Assembly (NCBI GenBank): GCA_040769165.1
Contig: JAXGLP010000001.1
Span: 1,451,702-1,515,701, forward strand
Direction of reading: 5' to 3'
Length of the DNA stretch: 64,000 nt
Source of the DNA: Armatimonadota bacterium
Lineage (GTDB): Bacteria > Armatimonadota > UBA5829 > DSUL01
Position numbers and translations under genes: made by a program. The notes under the pieces were generated by a model, which worked only from the letters and a program-made list of their open reading frames with translations, was not told the DNA's origin and ran no database searches. Shown piece by piece: positions 1 through 8,898 of the stretch. Position 1 is the first letter of the stretch. Every line of letters begins with the position of its first letter.

Positions 1-526
1 AGGGCTGGCCCGCGACGGGCTGGAGCGACGGAATCTGAAGCGCGAGCGCGCGGATGTGGATGATCTGCGAAGGCTGATAGATGGGCTTGTCGGTCGTCAG
101 GAGCACGCGCGAAAGGCGCTTGATGCGGATGTCTGAGGTGGCCTCGTCCTTTTCCCCCATTCCCTCGGCCACAACACGCAGGACGTAGTTCCCCTCACGC
201 TTCTCCGGCACGGCAAACGACGCCTCGATGGTCCCCTTGCCGTTCGTGCGCCCGTTGAACAGCGTCTCGAAGTCCTTCGAGTCCTTCTCGGCAAGCGAAA
301 TCCGCACGGGAGCGCCGGCGACCGGGCTACCGCTGAGGTGGTCGGCGGTGATGACGCGCACGGTGGCATTGCTGCCCGCCAGCCACTGATCCTGCCCGAG
401 CACGCGGGTCTCGAGGCGGATGCGCGGAACGGCCGCCTGCGCCATCAGCACACACCAGACGGCCGTGCTCCACACCGCGACCGCGCCGAACGCGACCAGT
501 TTTGTCAGCTTCCTGTCAGCTCTCAT
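1..526 (-). CDS. Alpha-2-macroglobulin family / MG-domain protein, N-terminal part (partial; runs off the window start)
   Basis: Open frame on minus strand from ATG at 526..524 (RBS GAGGAG 6 nt upstream) to position 1. N-terminus MRADRKLTKLVAFGAVAVWSTAVWCVLMAQAA is a signal peptide. Followed by MG-domain-like repeats including the hallmark 'TDKPIYQPSQ'. Not in the ORF track because no stop codon lies within the window. Confidence 0.5.
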   Translation of the reverse strand, partial: MRADRKLTKLVAFGAVAVWSTAVWCVLMAQAAVPRIRLETRVLGQDQWLAGSNATVRVITADHLSGSPVAGAPVRISLAEKDSKDFETLFNGRTNGKGTIEASFAVPEKREGNYVLRVVAEGMGEKDEATSDIRIKRLSRVLLTTDKPIYQPSQIIHIRALALQIPSLQPVAGQP

Positions 527-667
527 GGTTTCTCCTCAAGCCTGCCACTATTTGATGCTTTGATGAGCACCGGGCCGCATTCCTTCAACGGGCGCTTCTC
601 GCTGGCGCGCGCCGTGCGGTATAATGCGGCGGCTCTAAGGCGAAGGGGGACTGGACAGGACAAACGT

Positions 668-1846
668 ATGAGATCAGTGCACACAGTGATTCTGATTGCG
701 GCGTGCGCCGCGATTGTGTCAGCGCAGGGCGCCTGCGCCGCCGCAAAGAAGCAGGGCAAAATGACGAAGGTGAAAGACATCATCATCTACCAGGACAAGA
801 TGTTCTACAGCGCGTTTCCGTCGCTGGTCGCGCGCAAGGACGGCGAGATTCTGTGCGCATTCCGCCGTGCTCCCAACCGCAAGCTACTCTGGGACGGCTG
901 GTACACGCACACGGACGCAAACAGCTATCTTGTGCTCGTACGGTCTAAGGATGGCGGCAAGACCTGGACACATGACCCGGAGCTGATCTTCGCGCATCCG
1001 CTTGGAGGCTCGCAGGACCCCTGCATGGTGCAGCTCAAGGACGGTTCGATCGTCTGCACGAGCTACGCGTGGGCCATGATTCCCCAGCCCGGGCAGGACA
1101 AGATGGGCACGACCCTCTCACACCCCCCCTACTCCTTCCTGGGCGGGTACATCGTGCGCTCCGATGACGGCGGGAAGAGCTGGAAGGGCCCGTTCGTGCC
1201 GCCGGCGCTGCCGGGTGAGGCCTCGAAGGACGCGCTCGGCAAGCCCTGCCCCACCTTCAACCGGGGAGCGATGATCCAGATGAAGGACGGGCGGCTGCTC
1301 TGGGCTGTGGTTCAGATGCAGAGCGTGAAGCTGCACCACTCGTCAGTTCATCTCATTGAGTCCAAAGACCGGGGCGAAACCTGGACATACGTATGCCCCA
1401 TCGCACAGGATGACGCAGTCACCTTCAACGAGACCTCCCTCATAGAAACGTCGAACGGCGATATCGTCGCCTTTCTTAGAACGGACGGATTCGACGGCAA
1501 AGCAACGGTCGCGCGCTCGACAGACGGCGGCAAGAGCTTTCAGAAGTGGGAGGACGGCACGTTCTTCGGGCATCCGTTCCATATGCTCCGGCTGCCAGAC
1601 AAACGGGTGCTGCTTGTGTACGGCTATCGCCAGGCGCCGTTTGGAATACGAGCGCGGGTGCTGAACGCGGAGTGCGCCGACTTTGCGGAGGCCGAGGAGA
1701 TCGTCCTGCGCGAGGACGGCGGAAACAGCGACATCGGCTACCCGTGGTCGGCGATGCTGCCGAACGGCGACGTTTTGGTCTCCTACTACTTCAACGTCAA
1801 AGACGGCCCGAGGCATATTGCGGGCACGATTCTGCGGATGGAGTAG
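668..1846 (+). CDS. BNR/Asp-box repeat beta-propeller protein (sialidase/neuraminidase-like), secreted
   Basis: Start at ATG 668 (MRSVHTVILIAACAAIVSAQGA signal peptide) inside the longer ORF 338..1846. Four Asp-box motifs: SKDGGKTW, SDDGGKSW, SKDRGETW, STDGGKSF. Confidence 0.7.
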   Translation: MRSVHTVILIAACAAIVSAQGACAAAKKQGKMTKVKDIIIYQDKMFYSAFPSLVARKDGEILCAFRRAPNRKLLWDGWYTHTDANSYLVLVRSKDGGKTWTHDPELIFAHPLGGSQDPCMVQLKDGSIVCTSYAWAMIPQPGQDKMGTTLSHPPYSFLGGYIVRSDDGGKSWKGPFVPPALPGEASKDALGKPCPTFNRGAMIQMKDGRLLWAVVQMQSVKLHHSSVHLIESKDRGETWTYVCPIAQDDAVTFNETSLIETSNGDIVAFLRTDGFDGKATVARSTDGGKSFQKWEDGTFFGHPFHMLRLPDKRVLLVYGYRQAPFGIRARVLNAECADFAEAEEIVLREDGGNSDIGYPWSAMLPNGDVLVSYYFNVKDGPRHIAGTILRME

Positions 1847-1867
1847 AGCCTGGCTGGCTGAAGCAAC

Positions 1868-2566
1868 ATGCGGATTCTACTGGTATCCGACGACGAGCGC
1901 TCCATAGCCGGGGTCCGGCGTGAACTGGTGCTGGCCAACCATCAGGTGCTCTGGTGCGCCAGCGACAGCGACTCGCTGGCGGATGCGCTGGCAGCCATGG
2001 CGCCCGAGGCGCTGGTGCTCGACATGGCCGGGTCCGGCCCCGGGGCACGCACAGTTCGCCAGAGACTCGAAAACGAGTTCGCAATCCCTCCCATGCCCAC
2101 ATTCGCCCTCATCCACAGCGAAGCTCTTCCCGACTTCGACCTGGCGTGGGGAGCGGACGACTTCGTGGTTGTCCCGGCGGCGGCCGGTGAACTGGCGGTC
2201 AGAATCCGGCTGCTCTTCTGGACGCAAAGCCGGATTCGCGAAGAGGGGTCTATCAGCTTCGGCGATCTGGTTGTGGATTTCGCGAACTACGAAGTGCGCG
2301 CCAGCAGCCGCGCGCTCGACCTCACATACAAGGAGTTCGAGCTTCTGAAGTATCTGGTAACCCACCGCAGCCGCGTGCATACCCGCGAGTCGCTTCTTGC
2401 CCGGGTGTGGGGCTACGACTACTTCGGAGGCGAGCGCACCGTCGACGTTCACATCCGCAGGCTTCGCGGGAAACTCGGCCCCGAGTACGCCGACGTCATC
2501 GAAACGGTTCGCGGAGTCGGCTACCGCTTCGCGCCCCCGCGGCGCACTGACGGAACAGAAGATTAA
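1868..2566 (+). CDS. OmpR/PhoB-family winged-helix response regulator, atypical receiver (GlnR-like orphan regulator)
   Basis: Receiver domain with DD pair (LLVSDDE) and candidate Asp (LVLDM), but no conserved Lys in the expected position (VVVPAAAG where KP is expected). C-terminal OmpR-type winged helix (TYKEFELLKYL...VDVHIRRLRGKL...VRGVGYRF). Lies directly upstream of amtB-glnK-glnD. Confidence 0.8.
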   Translation: MRILLVSDDERSIAGVRRELVLANHQVLWCASDSDSLADALAAMAPEALVLDMAGSGPGARTVRQRLENEFAIPPMPTFALIHSEALPDFDLAWGADDFVVVPAAAGELAVRIRLLFWTQSRIREEGSISFGDLVVDFANYEVRASSRALDLTYKEFELLKYLVTHRSRVHTRESLLARVWGYDYFGGERTVDVHIRRLRGKLGPEYADVIETVRGVGYRFAPPRRTDGTED

Positions 2567-2600
2567 CATCCCCGAAACACAGCCGTAACATCCGCACCCC
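2563..2600 (+). promoter_or_regulatory. Candidate GlnR-box-like tandem a-site/b-site repeat upstream of amtB
   Basis: TTAAC-n6-GAAAC-n6-GTAAC-n6-ACCCC, read directly from the sequence about 50 nt upstream of the amtB ATG. It resembles the actinobacterial GlnR box gTnAc-n6-GaAAc-n6-GtnAC-n6-GAAAc; the last b-site is degenerate. Confidence 0.3.
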
Positions 2601-2647
2601 AGAATGGCTGCAGGCTGGGGAGACCTCCGGCCCGCGGAGAGTTGCAG

Positions 2648-3886
2648 ATGGTGACGACAGACAGCGGCGATACAGCGTGGATGCTCGCATCCACGGCCAT
2701 GGTGATGCTGATGACACCCGGGCTTGCGCTGTTCTACGCAGGAATGGTGCGGGCGAAGAACGTGCTCGGGACTATGATGCACAGCTTTGTGATGCTCGGA
2801 ATGGTGGGGGTAACGTGGGTTCTGTGGGGCTATGGCCTCTCATTCGGTGGCGACGGAGCGCTGATTGGCAACCTGAGCTGGTTCGGGCTTGCCGGAGTCG
2901 GCGATCTTCCGAATGCGGATTACGCGCCGACTATTCCGCACTCGCTCTTTGCGATGTATCAGGGCATGTTCGCCATAATCACCCCCGCCCTCATCTCGGG
3001 AGCGCTCGCGGAGCGGATGCGATTCGGGGCATTTCTCTGGTTCATGGCGCTGTGGTCCACGGTTGTGTACACGCCAATCGCGCACTGGGTGTGGGGTAAT
3101 GGCGGCTGGCTGAGAACCCTTGGCGCACTCGATTTCGCGGGAGGCACGGTCGTTCATATATCATCGGGCAGCGCGGCTCTCGCCGGAGCAATACTGCTCG
3201 GACGAAGGTTGCGCCTCGGGCACGAGGACCTTGCTCCGCATAACGTCACGATGACGGTTCTGGGGGCGGCGATTCTCTGGTTTGGATGGTTCGGATTCAA
3301 CGCCGGCAGCGCGCTGGCCGCTAACGGCCTCGCGTCGGCGGCGTTCCTGACCACCAACACGGCGGCGGCGGCGGCGACACTGAGCTGGCTGCTCGCGGAG
3401 CGCATTCATACTGGCAAGGCGACGGCGCTGGGAGCGGCGTCCGGCTGTGTGGCGGGGCTGGTTGCCATCACCCCTGCAGCCGGTTTCGTTCCGGCGTGGG
3501 CCGCGGTTATCATAGGTTTTGTGGTGAGTTTCCTGAGCTACGGCGCCATCCGCCTCAAGACCAGGCTGCGCTATGACGACGCTCTGGACGTTGTGGCGGT
3601 CCATCTCACCGGAGGAGCGTTCGGCGCTCTGGCGACCGGGCTGTTTGCCTCCCGAGCCGTGAACCAGAACGGCGCCGACGGGCTTTTCGCCGGAGGGGGC
3701 TTCGCGCTTCTCGGGCGGCAGGCGCTTGCTGTGAGCGCAACTGCGGCCTTCTCGTTTCTGGTGTCGTGGGCAATACTGAGGGCTATCAGTCTTGCAGTCC
3801 CTCTGCGTCTTGACCGCGATGACGAGACCGTCGGGCTGGACCTGTCGCAGCACGGTGAAGTCGGCTACAATCTGGAAGCCGTGTGA
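2648..3886 (+). CDS. amtB: Ammonium transporter (Amt family)
   Basis: Typical Amt sequence (DTAWMLASTAMVMLMTPGLALFYAGMVR..., multiple TM segments). Start taken at ATG 2648, with GGAGAG 7 nt upstream; the track ORF begins at TTG 2642. Confidence 0.9.
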   Translation: MVTTDSGDTAWMLASTAMVMLMTPGLALFYAGMVRAKNVLGTMMHSFVMLGMVGVTWVLWGYGLSFGGDGALIGNLSWFGLAGVGDLPNADYAPTIPHSLFAMYQGMFAIITPALISGALAERMRFGAFLWFMALWSTVVYTPIAHWVWGNGGWLRTLGALDFAGGTVVHISSGSAALAGAILLGRRLRLGHEDLAPHNVTMTVLGAAILWFGWFGFNAGSALAANGLASAAFLTTNTAAAAATLSWLLAERIHTGKATALGAASGCVAGLVAITPAAGFVPAWAAVIIGFVVSFLSYGAIRLKTRLRYDDALDVVAVHLTGGAFGALATGLFASRAVNQNGADGLFAGGGFALLGRQALAVSATAAFSFLVSWAILRAISLAVPLRLDRDDETVGLDLSQHGEVGYNLEAV

Positions 3887-3930
3887 TCCCGGGCGCCGGC
3901 CCGGCGTGTTCATCTTGAAAGGACAGACAG

Positions 3931-4272
3931 TTGACCAAAGTCGAAGCGATCATACGCCCGAACAAGCTGGAGGACGTGAAAGCGGCGCTGGACGCGCTCG
4001 GAGTGCAGGGCATGACGGTAACGCACCTGATGGGCTCGGGCAAGCAGCGCGGGCGGACGCAGCACTACAGGGGACAGGAGTACGTCGTCAACCTCCTCGA
4101 CAAGACGAAGATCGAAACCGTTGTTTCGGACGATCAGGTGGACGAGATCGTCAAAGCCATCACAAAGGCGGCATCGACAGGCGAGATCGGGGACGGCAAG
4201 ATATTCCTGTCGCGCATTGACGACGCCATCAGAATCCGCACGGGCGAATCGGGCGACTCCGCCCTCAGGTAG
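3931..4272 (+). CDS. glnK: PII nitrogen regulatory protein
   Basis: 113 aa, MTKVEAIIRPNKLEDVKAAL...; T-loop with Tyr (HYRGQEY). TTG start with AAAGGA RBS. Immediately downstream of amtB. Confidence 0.9.
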   Translation: MTKVEAIIRPNKLEDVKAALDALGVQGMTVTHLMGSGKQRGRTQHYRGQEYVVNLLDKTKIETVVSDDQVDEIVKAITKAASTGEIGDGKIFLSRIDDAIRIRTGESGDSALR

Positions 4273-4378
4273 CCCGCGCCGCGGAGCCCGGAGCGTGTGA
4301 GCAGCCGCCCCGGATCCCGCGCACGATACCGCATTCACACAACAAGGGCTGCTCGGATAAGGACGGAAGAGTAAAGCA

Positions 4379-7006
4379 GTGGCAGGGCCCAAAGAAGCGC
4401 CTTATGATCAGTCTTGGATTGCACAGGCACGCAAGGACCTGACCTCTCTGGCCATGGTCGAAGACCTTGCCGATTTCGTCACCGCGCGACGGAGCGAGGT
4501 GATCGAGCGCGCGGCGGACCTGCCGGGCGAGGCGCGCACGCGCCTCCTGAGCGATCTGATTGACATGGTCGTTCGCCGCATGCTCGAAGTTGCCTGCGAG
4601 CCCACCGATTCCACGCCGAGCCTGCTTTCGCAGGCGGAACGATCGCTGTCTATTGTGGCGACAGGCGGCTACGGGCGGCGCGAACTGGCCCCGTTCAGCG
4701 ATGTGGATATCAACTTTATCGCCGCCTCCGAGGACGATCCGGAAGTCGACGCTATCACCCGGCGCATGTTCCGCCTCATTATGGATGTCCTGCTTTCGGG
4801 GGCGAAGCTGAAGGTCGGATATGCCTACAGGCTAGTCGGAGAAGCCGGTGCCCTGCACCACCAGAATCAGACAGCTCAGCTCGACGCGCGGTTTGTGGCC
4901 GGGAGCCGGGAGGTGTACCAGTCCTTTCAAGACGAGCTTCGCCGCAGCATCCAGCCTGTCGCCTTCATTCACGACAAGATGAAGGAGCGCGAGGCGGTTA
5001 TAGCCAGGCAGGGGACCTCGCTCTATCTTGTGGAGCCGAACATCAAGGAGGGCGAGGGCTCGCTGCGCGATCTTCAGCTCGCGGGTTGGCTGGCTCAGGC
5101 GGCGTACGGATTCGAGAGCCGAACCGTGTGGGAGGATATGCGCATGCACGGATTGCTTTCGACAGCCGAGACAGCCGAGGCCGCCGAGGCAAGGGAGTTC
5201 TTTTCGCGGTTGCGCTGGGAGATGCACGTTGCGGCGGGCAAGCAGGCGGACACACTGACAGTGCCAAAGCAGGAAAGCGCGGCGGCGAGTCTGGGATATG
5301 CGGACACCCCGGAGGAGTCCGGCGTCGAGAAGCTGATGCGCGACTACTACCGGCATGCCGAGGTGGCCCGGCGAACGGCAGAGAAGGTGGTGAGGCGGGC
5401 AACGGGGCTGCAGCTCGAACTCGAGCACGGCCTCGACGCAAGGGACGGCAGGATTATCCTGCAGAATCCCGAGGCGTTCCAGAACGATCCCGCGGCCTGC
5501 ATTCGCGCATTCGCATACTGCCAGCGCTATGGGCTCACCTTCGACCAGCCCGTGATTGACGCGATACGCGCGGCGACCGCGAGTTGCCCCGCGCCGATTC
5601 ACGACCCCGAAGCCGCGAAGCTGTTCCTTATGATTCTGGGCGGCGCCAACGTCGCCACGACGCTGACGAGCATGGCACACTGCGGGGTGCTGCAGTGGTT
5701 CGTTCCGGAGTTCGGGCGCGTTATGCGGCTGGTGCCGTATGATCCGGCGCACGAGTTCACGGTAGGATGGCATTCGCTCACGGTTGTGCAGCACTGCGAG
5801 CGCCTCGGCACGAGCGGCGACGAGGACATGCGCAGGCTGTACTCAACGCTTCGCCAGCCCGAACTGCTGTATCTGCTGGCGCTTGTGCACGACAGCGGCA
5901 AGGCCGTACGGGGCGAGGAGCATGCCGAATCCGGCGCCCGGATAGCGGCGATGGCCGGGAAGCGGCTCGGACTGGACACGGAATCCGTTGAACGGCTGCA
6001 GTTCCTCGTCCGCAATCACCAGCTTATGTCGGACACCGCGCGGCTGCGCGACCTGACACTGAGAAAGACGGTTGACGATTTCACGGCAGTCGTGGACGAG
6101 GTTGATACCCTCACGATGCTTTTCATCTTCACGAATGCGGACATTCTGTCTGTCGGTTCCAGGGCGTGGAGCGAGGTGCAGGGTCGTTTCCTGCGCGAGT
6201 TGTATTTCCGCGCGGAGCGCGCCATTCTCACCCGCGCCCCCATTTCCGACACGGACGAGGACATGGCTTTGCATCGCAGCAGAGTGCGGCGCGAACTCTC
6301 GATCACGTCCCTGCCCGAGAAAGCCGTCGACGAGCACATAGCCCTGATGCCCGCGATGTATCTCCTCAACACCGGCCCCGAGGAGATGGCCGCGCACATC
6401 GCCGCGATTCAGCGGGCTCGCAACGGGCAGCCCTCGGCTGACCTTCGCACGGAGCCGGGATCGGGCTTCACGGAACTCACCGTGTGCGCGCTGGACGACC
6501 CGGAGCCGGGCCTGCTTTCGAAGATTGCCGGGGCACTGTGGGCGATCGACGTAAATGTCCACGCGGCTCAGGTGTTCACCCGGAAGGGGCAGGACAAGGT
6601 CGCGCTCGACCAGCTCTATGTTGACTTCGAGGGCAAGCCCCTGCCCGAGTTCAAGAAGGCTCAGGTTGAGAAGGAGCTTACGGAAGTGCTGAGGGGCGAC
6701 CAGACCGTGCACGGGCTTCTCGCCGAGCGGAACAAGGAGCTGAAGCCCGACTACAGTTCGCTGTCGCTCGAGGTGCTGAACCATCTGTCTGAGCAGCACA
6801 CGGTCATTGAGGTGCACGCAAGCGATCAGCCGGGGCTGCTGTACCGGTTCACCCGCGCAATCGCCAGCCTGGGCTGGGATATTCATTCGGCGAGGGTGAG
6901 CACATGGGGCGCCGAAGCCCGGGACGCGTTTTACGTGACGGCTCGCGGCGGCAAACTGGGCCCCGACGCCGCCGATCGGCTCGAGGAGGCTCTGAAACGG
7001 GCCTGA
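4379..7006 (+). CDS. glnD: [Protein-PII] uridylyltransferase/uridylyl-removing enzyme
   Basis: 875 aa. N-terminal nucleotidyltransferase (GGYGRRELAPFSDVDINF), HD domain (HDSGK), two C-terminal ACT-like regions. GTG start assumed; the exact start is uncertain. Confidence 0.85.
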   Translation: MAGPKEAPYDQSWIAQARKDLTSLAMVEDLADFVTARRSEVIERAADLPGEARTRLLSDLIDMVVRRMLEVACEPTDSTPSLLSQAERSLSIVATGGYGRRELAPFSDVDINFIAASEDDPEVDAITRRMFRLIMDVLLSGAKLKVGYAYRLVGEAGALHHQNQTAQLDARFVAGSREVYQSFQDELRRSIQPVAFIHDKMKEREAVIARQGTSLYLVEPNIKEGEGSLRDLQLAGWLAQAAYGFESRTVWEDMRMHGLLSTAETAEAAEAREFFSRLRWEMHVAAGKQADTLTVPKQESAAASLGYADTPEESGVEKLMRDYYRHAEVARRTAEKVVRRATGLQLELEHGLDARDGRIILQNPEAFQNDPAACIRAFAYCQRYGLTFDQPVIDAIRAATASCPAPIHDPEAAKLFLMILGGANVATTLTSMAHCGVLQWFVPEFGRVMRLVPYDPAHEFTVGWHSLTVVQHCERLGTSGDEDMRRLYSTLRQPELLYLLALVHDSGKAVRGEEHAESGARIAAMAGKRLGLDTESVERLQFLVRNHQLMSDTARLRDLTLRKTVDDFTAVVDEVDTLTMLFIFTNADILSVGSRAWSEVQGRFLRELYFRAERAILTRAPISDTDEDMALHRSRVRRELSITSLPEKAVDEHIALMPAMYLLNTGPEEMAAHIAAIQRARNGQPSADLRTEPGSGFTELTVCALDDPEPGLLSKIAGALWAIDVNVHAAQVFTRKGQDKVALDQLYVDFEGKPLPEFKKAQVEKELTEVLRGDQTVHGLLAERNKELKPDYSSLSLEVLNHLSEQHTVIEVHASDQPGLLYRFTRAIASLGWDIHSARVSTWGAEARDAFYVTARGGKLGPDAADRLEEALKRA

Positions 7007-7032
7007 GCGGGCCCGGCCGAGAGGTTGGACTG

Positions 7033-7371
7033 ATGAAACTCGTGATGGCGGTCATCCGGCCGCACAAACTGCAGGAGGTGAAGAACGCCCTATCGGAGAT
7101 AGGCCTGGCAGGCCTGACTGTGACAGAAGTGCGGGGGCACGGAAGGCAACGCGGCCAAGTCGAGAAGTACCGCGGTCTTGAGTATTCAATCGATCTGCTG
7201 CCCAAAGTGAAAATCGAAGTTGTCTGCAGCGACTCTCAATCCGAGGACGTGATTGAGATCATCGTGCGCGCGGCAAGAACAGGCGAAGTCGGGGACGGGA
7301 AAGTATTCGTCCTCCCTGTCGAGGAGTCGGTAAGAGTCCGAACCGGCGACAGGGGTCCCGGGTCGCTCTGA
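7033..7371 (+). CDS. glnB: PII nitrogen regulatory protein
   Basis: MKLVMAVIRPHKLQEVKNALSEIGLAGLTVTEVRGHG...YRGLEY. Start at ATG 7033 inside track ORF 6904..7371. Confidence 0.9.
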   Translation: MKLVMAVIRPHKLQEVKNALSEIGLAGLTVTEVRGHGRQRGQVEKYRGLEYSIDLLPKVKIEVVCSDSQSEDVIEIIVRAARTGEVGDGKVFVLPVEESVRVRTGDRGPGSL

Positions 7372-7425
7372 GCCGTCAGCCGGCAGACACAAGAAGCAAG
7401 GATCGAAAGAAGGAAGAGACCAGCA

Positions 7426-8847
7426 ATGGCAACCACACCGGCAGAAGTTCTGCAGATGATCAGGGACGTCGAAGCGCGCATCGTTGACGTGCGCTTCACC
7501 GACCTCCCGGGCGTCTGGCAGCATTTTTCAATACCAGCAGAGGATCTGGACGAAGCGGCATTCGAGGACGGTCTGGGCTTCGATGGCTCCAGCATCCGGG
7601 GGTTCCAGGACATACAGGAGTCGGACATGACCCTGATGCCCGACCCGAACACCGCCTTCGAGGACACGATGGTGGAGCACCCCACCGTGGCGATTATCTG
7701 CAATGTCCACGACCCCGCCACCGGCGAACGCTACAGCCGCGATCCCCGCTTCATCGCCGCAAAGGCCGAGCAGTATCTGATGTCAACGGGAATAGGCGAC
7801 ACGAGCTACTGGGGCCCCGAAGCCGAGTTCTTTATCTTTGACGACGTCCGCTTCGGACAGACGGCGAACGCGGGTTTCTATTCGGTTGACTCGAGCGAAG
7901 GCATCTGGAACTCCGGCCGCGATGAAATGCCGAATCTCGGCTACAAGATCCGGCACAAGGAAGGCTACTTCCCCTGCCCGCCCATGGACAGCACCCACGA
8001 CCTGAGGAGCGAGATGCTCCTCGCGCTCAGAGACGCGGGTGTAGATGCCGAGATGCACCATCACGAAGTCGGGACGGGGGGACAGGCCGAGATAGACCTC
8101 CGCTACGACACGCTGTTGACGATGGCCGATAAGCTGATGAAGTACAGGTACATCGTCAAGAACATCGCCAACCAGCACGGCAAGACGGTGACGTTCATGC
8201 CCAAGCCCCTGTTCGAGGACAACGGGTCGGGCATGCATGTCCACTCGAGCATCTGGAAGGGCGGGCGCAACGTGTTCTGGGACGAGACCGGCTATGCGGG
8301 GCTTTCGGACACCGCGCGGTACTACATCGGGGGGATTCTGAAACACGCGCCTGCGCTTCTCGCTTTGTGCGCCCCCACGACGAACTCGTACCGCAGGCTC
8401 GTTCCCGGGTACGAAGCGCCGATCAACCTCGTCTATTCGCAGAGGAATCGCAGCGCGGCGGTGAGGATTCCGGCCTACCTGCAGAGCGAGAAATCGAAGC
8501 GGATCGAGTTCCGCTGCCCCGACCCCAGCGCGAACGGGTATCTGTGCCTGGCTTCGATCCTGATGGCGGGTCTGGACGGGGTCCAGAACAGGATTGATCC
8601 CGGCCAGCCGATTGACAAGAACATCTACGACCTGCCGCCGGAGGAATCGAAGACGATTAGAGGCACTCCGGGCGACCTGCATGAGGCGCTCAATGCCCTG
8701 GAGGCCGATCACGAGTTCCTGTTGAAGGGCGACGTGTTCACTCCAGACGTCATTGAGACCTGGATCGGCTACAAGCGAAAGAAAGAGGTGGACGCGGTGC
8801 GCCTGCGGCCGCACCACCACGAGTTCCATCTCTACTTCGACATCTAG
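7426..8847 (+). CDS. glnA: Glutamine synthetase type I
   Basis: 473 aa, canonical GSI sequence throughout. AAGGAAGAG RBS upstream. Confidence 0.95.
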   Translation: MATTPAEVLQMIRDVEARIVDVRFTDLPGVWQHFSIPAEDLDEAAFEDGLGFDGSSIRGFQDIQESDMTLMPDPNTAFEDTMVEHPTVAIICNVHDPATGERYSRDPRFIAAKAEQYLMSTGIGDTSYWGPEAEFFIFDDVRFGQTANAGFYSVDSSEGIWNSGRDEMPNLGYKIRHKEGYFPCPPMDSTHDLRSEMLLALRDAGVDAEMHHHEVGTGGQAEIDLRYDTLLTMADKLMKYRYIVKNIANQHGKTVTFMPKPLFEDNGSGMHVHSSIWKGGRNVFWDETGYAGLSDTARYYIGGILKHAPALLALCAPTTNSYRRLVPGYEAPINLVYSQRNRSAAVRIPAYLQSEKSKRIEFRCPDPSANGYLCLASILMAGLDGVQNRIDPGQPIDKNIYDLPPEESKTIRGTPGDLHEALNALEADHEFLLKGDVFTPDVIETWIGYKRKKEVDAVRLRPHHHEFHLYFDI

Positions 8848-8863
8848 CGACGAGCGCGGAGAT

Positions 8864-8898
8864 TCGAGGAGGCGCGCTCTTTCGAGCGCGCCTCCTCC
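8864..8898. terminator. Bidirectional rho-independent terminator between convergent glnA and the GH42 gene
   Basis: Inverted repeat GAGGAGGCGCGCTC-TTTC-GAGCGCGCCTCCTC seen in the sequence. Confidence 0.5.

Noticed and set aside
338-667. Upstream extension of the BNR protein ORF (track start 338)
   Set aside because: The extension overlaps the 5' end and RBS of the divergent MG-domain gene and lacks a signal peptide. The ATG at 668 gives a clean signal peptide.
1877-2782. 301-aa antisense ORF overlapping the response regulator, plus many similar long ORFs on the opposite strand of confident genes (e.g. 3161-3913, 5843-6886, 7783-8829, 9880-11010, 12748-13851, 20192-21898, 22518-23732, 25263-27350, 27718-28644, 28719-30356, 31532-32563, 36839-37792, 39260-41773, 42328-43473, 45630-47489, 48911-49702, 51451-52449, 52594-53445, 53286-54464, 59426-60121)
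   Set aside because: High-GC DNA yields long stop-free antisense frames. Each one overlaps a gene whose product is a strongly recognisable conserved protein. Their translations are Arg/Pro/Ala-rich low-complexity and lack RBS or family resemblance.
7372-7425. Sigma-54 (TGGCAC-n5-TTGC) promoter or second GlnR box upstream of glnA
   Set aside because: The best candidate (cGGCAG...GCA) has wrong GG-GC spacing. No convincing a-site/b-site repeat was found.
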